Source: a virus. From it: a DNA stretch of 14,793 bases. The stretch lies in UHGV virus genome UHGV-0120184. One strand, written 5' to 3'. A program made the translations under genes and the position numbers. Of the stretch, positions 8,282-14,793 are shown piece by piece. The stretch's first letter is position 1. Each line of letters opens with the position of its first letter. The notes under the pieces are model-generated. The model was not told the DNA's origin, searched no databases, and saw only the letters and a list, made by a program, of their open reading frames with translations.

Positions 8282-8342
8282 ACCGGGCGCGATATCCGGT
8301 TTATTTTTTGTTGCTGTGTTTTGCCTCGTGCCGGATATCGCG
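8282..8342. repeat. 12-bp perfect inverted repeat CGCGATATCCGG separated by a 31-nt T-rich spacer, with a nested terminator-like hairpin
   Basis: CGCGATATCCGG at 8288-8299 and its reverse complement CCGGATATCGCG at 8331-8342. The nested hairpin ACCGG-N9-CCGGT (8282-8300) is followed by TTATTTTTTG. Confidence 0.5.
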
Positions 8343-8432
8343 TCCACCGTTTTTCTGATGATTCTTATGAAATCGTACTTTATTGATTTACTGCCATCCT
8401 GGTTTGTCTTTTTATGTTCATTATTGCGACAG

Positions 8433-8828
8433 TCATTTCCTGTTTCTGGTGATGTTTTGATAAAAGTGAAAGAATAAAACGATCATTGCAGAAGGTATTG
8501 CTAAAACCATACATATCATTATATAAACAAGATGAAAATGATATATACCATAAGACCAGAAAAAAGGTTTTTTCCAGAATGATATGGATGTGTATTTTAG
8601 TGTAATTGTTTTTGTCAGGTATATTGAACAAGGAAGAGCCAGGCCACTGAGTATCAGAAATAAGTCAACTTTTATCGATGCTTCTGTTGGTGTGTCATAT
8701 ATAAGATGCAATATGGATATTATAATGGGGCACATTCCCCACAGGATATTTTTGAAATAGAATTTCCGGTTCATATGTTTATGCTCTTTGGTTTTATCCC
8801 GGGAATTGGCGCTTTGTTTTTTATTCAT
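8433..8828 (-). CDS. Hypothetical small membrane protein (3-4 TM helices); second gene of the operon, translationally coupled
   Basis: 131-aa ORF whose ATG (8828-8826) lies 5 nt upstream of the upstream gene's stop (8823-8821), giving an 8-nt overlap. Hydrophobic segments ILWGMCPIIISILHLIY, VDLFLILSGLALPCSIYL and YGIYHFHLVYIMICMVLAIPSAMIVLFFHF. Same AT-rich composition. Confidence 0.55.
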   Translation of the reverse strand: MNKKQSANSRDKTKEHKHMNRKFYFKNILWGMCPIIISILHLIYDTPTEASIKVDLFLILSGLALPCSIYLTKTITLKYTSISFWKKPFFWSYGIYHFHLVYIMICMVLAIPSAMIVLFFHFYQNITRNRK

Positions 8829-9492
8829 GAACGTTTTCGTTGTTTAATAACCATGGGGTATTATGATTATCCTTTATTTTTGATATGTAATTGTCAATAG
8901 TGGATTTCGTTTCATTATTGTGGTTATAGTAATCATGAAGAGTGCAAAACACATCATCTTTTATTGTGGCGATTAATGGGGCTTGTGTGAGGGTAAAATA
9001 TAAAGAACGATTACTTAGTGTCCTGAAATAAATTTTTTCGCCAATGACCAGATCGGTGTTCATTATATTGTAGCCTATTTCAAATATATTGTTTGATGGC
9101 ATGTGTAATACATATGTGGGGTATTTGTTGTGTTTTTTCATTAAATAATAAATAAAATCAGATACAGGCATCTGTTTTAGTTTTTTTTGCATCTTCCTTA
9201 TGTGTTGTGACATTAATATCATTTTCGAGAGAATGCATAAGAGACTAAACAAGAGATTAAATACTATGTTCAGTACTATCAGAGTAACAAACAGGCCAAT
9301 GCTCCTTAGCGCTGAAAATATATTGTCATTGTAAATATACTGGAATGTATATCCGGCTGATAAAAATGCCAATATATATAACACTATGTCTGTTTTATTT
9401 CGCTTTTTTATTTTGTAGGTTATTGCTGATTTTAAGAATAAGATGGCAATAAGAGCAGTGATAACCCAGAAAAATATAACGGAAACTTCCAT
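8821..9492 (-). CDS. Hypothetical multi-pass membrane protein (about 3 N-terminal TM helices plus a ~130-aa hydrophilic C-terminal domain); first gene of an AT-rich two-gene operon
   Basis: 223-aa ORF in a region of very low GC compared with the flanks. Hydrophobic stretches VSVIFFWVITALIAILFL, IVLYILAFLSAGYTF and IGLFVTLIVLNIVFNLLFSLLCIL. AAAGG Shine-Dalgarno-like motif upstream of the ATG at 9492. I recognise no family. Confidence 0.6.
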   Translation of the reverse strand: MEVSVIFFWVITALIAILFLKSAITYKIKKRNKTDIVLYILAFLSAGYTFQYIYNDNIFSALRSIGLFVTLIVLNIVFNLLFSLLCILSKMILMSQHIRKMQKKLKQMPVSDFIYYLMKKHNKYPTYVLHMPSNNIFEIGYNIMNTDLVIGEKIYFRTLSNRSLYFTLTQAPLIATIKDDVFCTLHDYYNHNNETKSTIDNYISKIKDNHNTPWLLNNENVHE

Positions 9493-9690
9493 AATTATAC
9501 CTTTATCGTGTTTTCAGGGAGGTAATTTATCATTGTGCTGATATGCATGTAAATACATGCATTATCTGTTTCTTATATTCTTTTTATGAAGTTACTGATT
9601 AATTTATATTAAAACAACACATTCATAATGAAATCAACATGTTCATATGGTTGACGGCAGATTTCTCTTTTTGTTAACCTGCATCTGCAT

Positions 9691-9939
9691 TAACTGTCGC
9701 TTCGGCGACCACCAATGTTCCATAGTGGCCTGTGAGGAACGCCTTCGGGTGGCCCATGTCGCTCCGGCGACCACCAATGCTCCATATGACCTGTGAGGAG
9801 CGCCTTCGGGTGGTCAGTTTTACACCTCCGTAGCCTGAAAGGAGCTGTGAGTACTGAAGGGAAACATCCCTGATGTATGGGCAAATCTGCACACCTTTGA
9901 GAGCAGATGTCACTACGGTTTTACGTGATGATGAAGGCA
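9691..9939 (+). repeat. Direct repeat copy A (~249 bp) bounding the recombinase module; begins with two tandem ~61-nt units
   Basis: Near-identical to 12484-12733 with only a handful of mismatches. Internal tandem units at about 9695-9756 and 9757-9817, each starting with the hairpin GTCGC-T(T/C)CG-GCGAC. Confidence 0.85.
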
Positions 9940-10682
9940 TTCCGGATTCCGTTCCGGTACTTTTATTTTTTCTCAGCAGACAGGCATAAAAACGCCTTTA
10001 AAATCTGCGTCTTAAGATATTTTCTGACTTTCCGCATGAGCTTCTTATGACTGTGCGCACGGCATAAGACCATTTGAAATTTGGTCGCTTGCGTGTGCAT
10101 GTGGAGTTTGAAGCTGTGCGGCGTCACTTGCGTGCGACCGAAGGGAACACCAAGTGACGCCGCGGCCATCTGCCCTGAAGGCAGCATCACGTAAGGTCTG
10201 GCAGAAAATCGTCGCTCGTGACAAGCGTCCTGATGCTCGTTTTGTCGCTCTGACAACGTCTTTCGGTGACGTATCCACGCCTTTCCGGCGCGTCCGTTTT
10301 CACACGGACGGCCACGCCGGAATGTCTTCTTAAACTTCGTAATACATGAGAGGTAAGTGTATTAACTGACTGAAATAAAGGAATAAAAATGAAAAATCGT
10401 TCTGATGTCGGGAGGCGTCATCGTAAGGTGACGGGGAGTATTCCTCAACAATCGCCCTGGTGCACAGGTAGCGAACTCCTGTAAGAACTCAACATGTGCA
10501 AGCTCTGCTACATCGACATCAAACGAGCCAGGAAGGCGAACAACCGCGTTACAGAGCCGTCCGTGATGACGAAAAACTAACAATATCAACGAACTTTTCT
10601 GTTTACCGGAAGGGCTGCGTATGCAGTTTTACTTTGTGAACGGAAGGGGGCTGCATCTGATTTTTACAGGGAGAATGACTTT

Positions 10683-11600
10683 ATGGCCCGGAAATCGTCA
10701 CGTTCTAAAGTTGAACTGTTTCGCAAGTCTTTCATCTCACTTGCCCGTGAGTGTGGTGGCAGTTACGCAACAACAGCTGACAGAATGAGAATTGCAAAGT
10801 ACTTCCTGAATTATTTACGTGAAAATGGAATTAAACTTCGCCAGACGAGCAGTATTAAAACCAGACATATTTCTGGTTACCTTCTCAGCAGGAAAGCAGC
10901 GGGTATTTCTCACCGGACTATTCAGAATGAACGGGCGGTTATGCGTGCCATTTTAGAAAAAGATGGACGACTTAAAATCGCAGATCCTTCTAACCCATTA
11001 TTGAGTAATGAAGCGCTCGGCCTAAAGGATACATGCCGTGATGGAAAGAAAATAGCATTGTCACCGGATGAATTCTGGAAAGCATTTGCTAAAGTGGAAA
11101 AAAAGAATCCTGGTGTGGCAGCTGCAATGCAGCTTTCTTATGTTCTGGGTTTAAGAACAAAAGAAGCCGTTCAGTCATGTAAGTCTGTTCAGTCATGGCT
11201 ACGGGAACTGAATTCAGGGTGCGATTCTCTTTCGGTCGTTTTTGGTACGAAAGGTGGAAGACCAAGAAATACCACAATTATTGACAGAGATGCGGTAAGA
11301 CATGCTTTGCTTTATGCTCAAAAAATAATGGATGAACACGACGGAAAACTTATTGACCGTCCAAATATAAAACAGGCTATCAATGTTTTTCGTTATCATG
11401 CCCGTAAAGCGGGATTGTCAGGAGTGAAATCTCCGCACAGTATGCGTTATCATTTTTCTCAGGAAGCCAGAAAATTTTATCGAAAAAATGGATATGGAGA
11501 GTCGGAAATCTACGCTCGTGTTTCTATGGATCTTGGCCATGGTGACGGAAGAGGTCGTTATGTAAAACAGGTTTATTTTAACGGTTCTGATGAAAGTTGA
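10683..11600 (+). CDS. Short tyrosine-recombinase-like protein (integrase family)
   Basis: 305 aa. Catalytic-domain-like order and spacing of residues: R in LGLRTKEA, K in TKGGRPR, H-x-x-R in HSMRYH, H in LGHGDG and a C-terminal Y in RYVKQVY. N-terminal region resembles a core-binding (SAM-like) domain. Assignment is by motif reading only. Confidence 0.7.
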   Translation: MARKSSRSKVELFRKSFISLARECGGSYATTADRMRIAKYFLNYLRENGIKLRQTSSIKTRHISGYLLSRKAAGISHRTIQNERAVMRAILEKDGRLKIADPSNPLLSNEALGLKDTCRDGKKIALSPDEFWKAFAKVEKKNPGVAAAMQLSYVLGLRTKEAVQSCKSVQSWLRELNSGCDSLSVVFGTKGGRPRNTTIIDRDAVRHALLYAQKIMDEHDGKLIDRPNIKQAINVFRYHARKAGLSGVKSPHSMRYHFSQEARKFYRKNGYGESEIYARVSMDLGHGDGRGRYVKQVYFNGSDES

Positions 11601-11603
11601 TAT

Positions 11604-12341
11604 TTAAAATGAATCTGGAGGATATGTGTTTTTGTTAATTTCGGTTATGATGATTTCTGATGCGCGATTACACATATCTTCATCAAAATACCCAATATGA
11701 CATTCATGAATGTGACAATTCAGTTTTCTGGATAGCCATATATTTGCCTCGTTACGGGATATGTTGGCTCTTTGCTGATAATTGTCAAAAAGTTTACGTA
11801 CTTTTGTTCTGAGTATTCTCAGGTTTTCTTTAGCCGGAGTACCTAATGGTCTTCCTGAGTTTTTATGGCATCCAACCCATGCATTGCATGGGGGACAAAT
11901 CCAGTAATATTTGTTTTCTGTCGCGGCTGAAATGGAAAATGGCATGAGAGCCCCTTTTATAAGATTCGTCTTATTTCCACAGTATGGGCAGATAACAATT
12001 GGTCGGACATCTGCAATATTCAGTGATGTATAAGTCAGTCGTTCATTTTTAACGATGTTTCTCTTTCCGCAATGGGTGAGAACATGCTTTATTGTATCTA
12101 ATTCTTCTCGTAGTATTTTGGAACTGACGCCAGTGCGATAACGTTGTTGAAAATAGCATTCAATATGACGTAGTTTTATGCTATTTGCTGAGCTTATCTG
12201 TATATTGGCATCTTTAAGAAATGAAGCAAGTCTTCTGGCTCTTCCCGTATATACCAACATATCTTCTGGCGTCGGGGCGCATGCTTTGGCTATTCTGAGT
12301 AGTTCATCTTTTAATTTTTTGTATTTCGATTTCATTTTCAC
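11604..12341 (-). CDS. Integrase-N-terminal-like domain fused to a Cys-rich zinc-ribbon-like domain; no recombinase catalytic motifs
   Basis: 245 aa. The N-terminal ~100 aa are paralogous in layout to the neighbouring recombinase N-terminus (…SSANSIKLRHIECYFQQRYRTGVSSKILREELDTIKHVL vs …TSSIKTRHISGYLLSRKAAGISHRTIQNERAVMRAIL). The C-terminus has CPYCG…CPPC…CH…CHIHECHIG…C Cys/His clusters. It is convergent with the recombinase gene, with stops 3 bp apart. Start is GTG 12341 or ATG 12335. Confidence 0.65.
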   Translation of the reverse strand: MKMKSKYKKLKDELLRIAKACAPTPEDMLVYTGRARRLASFLKDANIQISSANSIKLRHIECYFQQRYRTGVSSKILREELDTIKHVLTHCGKRNIVKNERLTYTSLNIADVRPIVICPYCGNKTNLIKGALMPFSISAATENKYYWICPPCNAWVGCHKNSGRPLGTPAKENLRILRTKVRKLFDNYQQRANISRNEANIWLSRKLNCHIHECHIGYFDEDMCNRASEIIITEINKNTYPPDSF

Positions 12342-12483
12342 ATCTCTCTTACAGGTTCATAAAGAGTGTTACTGAATTAAAAAATATCAAATTGAGCTGG
12401 CCTTGTCAGTCAGCTGTAGGTTATTACCATAGCCACGACAACAACTTGAAGTTTTATGTTGTTTATGATTATATTTTAGACGC

Positions 12484-12733
12484 TAACTTGTCGCTCCGGC
12501 GACCACCAATGTTCCATAGTGGCCTGTGAGGAACGCCTTCGGGTGGCCCATGTCGCTCCGGCGACCACCAATGCTCCATATGACCTGTGAGGAGCGCCTT
12601 CGGGTGGTCAGTTTTACACCTCCGTAGCCTGAAAGGAGCTGTGAGTACTGAAGGGAAACATCCCTGATGTACGGGCAAATCTGCACACCTTTGAGAGCAG
12701 ATGTCACCACGGTTTTACGTGATGATGAAGGCA
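12484..12733 (+). repeat. Direct repeat copy B (~250 bp)
   Basis: Second copy of the sequence at 9691-9939 in the same orientation. Differences: one extra T near the start, T to C in the first hairpin loop, and two single-base changes near 12668 and 12707. Sequences diverge completely after ..GATGAAGGCA. Confidence 0.85.
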
Positions 12734-12866
12734 CTTTGTATACAATGTGACTATGAGTTGTCTCTGGTCTTCTTAAGCGCATCGTGCTGACGCATTGATG
12801 TGTTCACCTGACGGATTTTCCAGTCCGTCAGGGCGGAACGTCCGTCTTTTTCATTCGGAGGTTCCG

Positions 12867-13268
12867 ATGTTTATACCACTTTTGTTACGTGCAGATATGC
12901 GCATAACGCCTTTCTTTCATCTTCTCAGACAATGTCTGTTTAATCAGAAGCGTTGTGTTCACCCACAACAGCCCTGGTCCGCTCCACAACTGAGGCATCT
13001 GTACTGCACTCCGTGGTTTATTAACGCCACCGGCAATCTGTCAGTCAGAGCCTGCATTGTTTCCACCAACGGTGCATTGCGACACTGCTTTGAGTTCCGT
13101 GAAGGCTCTCACAGCCGTGAATATCGTTACTGGTTTGAGGCACTTCCGCTGTCTGTCGTGCGGTTTAATGTCTTTACCGGTCGAATATCTGCTCGCCGCA
13201 CGCTTTCTGCTGCCTCCCGTATGGCCGTGCAGCTTACTTCTTTTCGCTATCGCTTCGGTCTTCGCTGA
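12867..13268 (+). CDS. Hypothetical basic Cys/Arg/Phe-rich protein (uncertain gene)
   Basis: ATG at 12867 preceded by GGAGG (12857-12861) at 5-nt spacing; 133 codons. The composition is unusual and no family is recognised, so it may be non-coding. Confidence 0.3.
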   Translation: MFIPLLLRADMRITPFFHLLRQCLFNQKRCVHPQQPWSAPQLRHLYCTPWFINATGNLSVRACIVSTNGALRHCFEFREGSHSREYRYWFEALPLSVVRFNVFTGRISARRTLSAASRMAVQLTSFRYRFGLR

Positions 13269-13380
13269 AGCCTGTTGAACGGTCGTCATGACCGTTGAAA
13301 GGTTTATCACACAACGCCCGGATCTGTCTGACCGTACCACGCGTGCGCGATGACAAATCTGAGTTTTCCTTAACCCGTCC

Positions 13381-13417
13381 GGGACCGCTCCCGTTCGGGG
13401 ACGGTCCCGCTGTTTTT
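13381..13417 (+). terminator. GC-rich hairpin plus T-run immediately upstream of the next gene's RBS (terminator or attenuator-like)
   Basis: GGGACCG (13381-13387) pairs with CGGTCCC (13402-13408), with internal TCCC/GGGA pairing, followed by TTTTT (13413-13417) and then AGGAG (13421-13425) and ATG 13433. Confidence 0.45.
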
Positions 13418-13432
13418 ATCAGGAGATTGTTT

Positions 13433-13813
13433 ATGGGACTCGATATTTTTTTCCTTGGGCGTGATCGTGTTACCGACGCGGTAGTATCGGTACCGGAAAC
13501 GCGGGAAGTGGGTTACTTTCGCAAGGTTAACCCACTGATTGCCTGGTTTGAGACGCATTGTGGACCGGTTGAAAATGCCGTGGAGCGTCCGGTTTCCAGA
13601 ACGGAACTGGAGGCACTACTGAGCGATCTTGAATGCCTTACGCCGGAGAACTGCCGGGAATTCTTCCCCACAACAGAAGGATTCTTTTTTGGTTCTCAGG
13701 AGTATGACCAGTATTACTGGAAGGATGTTGAGATCGTGAAATCGTGGGTCAGAAGCACGCTTGATTCGTTTGATTTTGAACGAAAAATACTGTTGCTCTG
13801 GGCATGGTGGTAA
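13433..13813 (+). CDS. Hypothetical protein
   Basis: Start at ATG 13433 chosen (AGGAG 8 nt upstream) over the track's 13295, which would read through the hairpin and T-run. 126 aa ending …SWVRSTLDSFDFERKILLLWAWW. No family recognised. Confidence 0.55.
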   Translation: MGLDIFFLGRDRVTDAVVSVPETREVGYFRKVNPLIAWFETHCGPVENAVERPVSRTELEALLSDLECLTPENCREFFPTTEGFFFGSQEYDQYYWKDVEIVKSWVRSTLDSFDFERKILLLWAWW

Positions 13814-13913
13814 TTATTTTTCTGTCCTTGTTTTTAACCTTATTACCCTGTCGGGAACATGTGTCCCGTAGGGCAGGTGTGTTCCCGTAATTTTTTGTAT
13901 CTGAGGTGAACAC

Positions 13914-14393
13914 ATGAATAGTCTGTTAATACTCCTTTACGTTGTTGTATGCCGTGCCTGCACCATTCTTCGGGTAATCGCACCAGTGTCGTCTGTCCGT
14001 GCGTGGTGTGAGTATCAACTGGAAGGTATGACGATACTTCGTGATGCGTACAGCTCGCTGGCTAAGGCGGCTGGAATGCAGAATGATGCATTTGAATATC
14101 TTGAAAGTATTGCTCGTCATCTGGGCTACGAAAGCGGTGGTGACCAACTGAAATCAGGACTTTTCCGGCCGTTTCTGTGGCATATACGTGCGAAAGGCCA
14201 CAGGCTGGGAGCTGTCATGGAAATGGCGGTATGGCAGGCATGGAAGAATGGCTGTAACGATGTCTGCAATCCATGGGAGGATGTCTACAATCCATGGGAC
14301 CGTGGATGGAACGATGGCTGGACTGAATGTCTGGATCAACGTATAGCCGGTCTCCTGAAGGCGGTCTGTATTGACTTTTCCGACGCCGACTGA
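13914..14393 (+). CDS. Hypothetical protein with hydrophobic N-terminus and Trp/Asn/Asp-rich repeats (NPWED…NPWDRGWNDGW)
   Basis: 159-aa ORF with GAGGTG Shine-Dalgarno-like motif 6 nt upstream of the ATG. No family recognised. Confidence 0.5.
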   Translation: MNSLLILLYVVVCRACTILRVIAPVSSVRAWCEYQLEGMTILRDAYSSLAKAAGMQNDAFEYLESIARHLGYESGGDQLKSGLFRPFLWHIRAKGHRLGAVMEMAVWQAWKNGCNDVCNPWEDVYNPWDRGWNDGWTECLDQRIAGLLKAVCIDFSDAD

Positions 14394-14427
14394 ACGGTTT
14401 TTCTTTTACTTACTGTACCGTGTACCT

Positions 14428-14508
14428 GCGTCGGTGGCGTGGGTCAGCGATACGCTGAAGACGTTTGATTTTGAGCGTCATTCACTGGTGATGCTGGCGT
14501 TGTGGTAA
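14428..14508 (+). pseudogene. Orphan 3' fragment paralogous to the C-terminus of the 13433-13813 gene
   Basis: The translation ASVAWVSDTLKTFDFERHSLVMLALW* aligns with KSWVRSTLDSFDFERKILLLWAWW* at the end of the 13433-13813 protein. There is no start codon or Shine-Dalgarno, and it begins right after the stop of the 13914-14393 gene. Confidence 0.4.
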
Positions 14509-14600
14509 GTCCGGCCAGTCTGATTTTCGTTATTAATTTAACCGTATGGTGCATGTTCACCGTACGGGGAGCATGCATCTTTTTTATGGAGCGTGCTCTT

Positions 14601-14753
14601 ATGAAAACGAAAAAACATACTTCATGTCCCGTGAACAAAACCCCGGAGCGTGACCTGTATCAGCTGGTGACGGACAGGGTGATTGAGGCCATCGAAAAGG
14701 GCGTAGCCCCCTGGCAACGTCCATGGCGCTCAGTACGGTGTCAGCGCCAGTGA
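14601..14753 (+). pseudogene. ArdC-N-like (DUF1738-type) antirestriction protein N-terminal fragment, prematurely terminated
   Basis: MKTKKHTSCPVNKTPERDLYQLVTDRVIEAIEKGVAPWQRPW matches the conserved DLYQ-VTD-II-LE-G-PW-PW N-terminal motif of ArdC-like proteins as I recall it. The ORF stops after 50 codons and all three forward frames have stops within 14751-14770. Confidence 0.4.
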
Positions 14754-14793
14754 TATAAGACGGTAATTCACCATTTGGATTGTCCGCTCCACC

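Noticed and set aside
9493-9510. Perfect TATAAT hexamer just upstream of the 8821-9492 gene
   Set aside because: It lies only 3-8 nt before the start codon, overlapping the ribosome-binding region, so it is unlikely to be the -10 element. Such hexamers are frequent by chance in AT-rich DNA.
9695-9715. tRNA-like 3' end (GCGACCACCA resembles an acceptor stem plus CCA)
   Set aside because: The hairpin loop is 4 nt rather than a 7-nt T-loop, and no D-arm, anticodon arm or GTTC-type T-loop motif is present upstream. The CCA is probably coincidental.
9695-9817. Possible CRISPR array or type III toxin-antitoxin RNA antitoxin repeats
   Set aside because: There are only two tandem units with no unique spacers between them, so it is not a CRISPR array. 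No ToxN/AbiQ-like endoribonuclease gene follows the repeats, so a type III TA assignment is unsupported.
9674-9940. Minus-strand ORFs of 64 and 88 aa inside repeat copy A, with near-identical counterparts at 12469-12782 in copy B
   Set aside because: They are translations through the tandem ~61-nt units, giving internally repeated peptide segments (DHPKALLTGHMEHWWSP vs GHPKAFLTGHYGTLVVA). There is no Shine-Dalgarno, and the structure is better explained as a structured repeat than as coding.
9875-10005. Short ORF starting within the repeat (MYGQICTPLRADVTTVLRDDEG…) whose two differences between repeat copies A and B are both synonymous
   Set aside because: Two synonymous changes is too little evidence. 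The ribosome-binding site is weak and the C-termini differ completely between the two copies.
9963-10256. 97-aa minus-strand ORF
   Set aside because: It lies in the hairpin-rich non-coding leader, has no Shine-Dalgarno and an odd His/Cys/Arg-rich composition; probably spurious.

Overview
This window holds the tail-gene end of a P2-like (Peduovirus-type) prophage, followed by an accessory region of mixed origin. All calls rest on reading the six-frame translations and the raw sequence; no database search was run. Prophage part (1-7675): a 5'-truncated tail fiber assembly-like gene (+), then a leftward operon of tail sheath FI, tail tube FII, chaperone E with its -1 frameshift extension E', tape measure T and tail protein U, then rightward D and the Ogr zinc-finger late activator. 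The FI-U block is inverted relative to the canonical P2 order and is separated from D by a 141-bp divergent region carrying one TGT-N12-ACA dyad. Accessory part (7676-14793): (i) a Hok/PndA-family type I toxin gene with hairpins and terminator; (ii) a strongly AT-rich segment with a translationally coupled two-gene operon of multi-pass membrane proteins I cannot place in any family, which is my top candidate for an undescribed phage-exclusion or defense-like module; (iii) a roughly 3-kb module bounded by ~249-bp direct repeats, each starting with two tandem ~61-nt hairpin-forming units, and containing a short tyrosine-recombinase-like gene convergent with a paralogous gene whose catalytic domain is replaced by a Cys-rich zinc-ribbon-like domain; (iv) several small unknown genes, a duplicated 3' gene fragment, and a truncated ArdC-N-like ORF at the window edge. 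No rRNA, tRNA or CRISPR array was seen.
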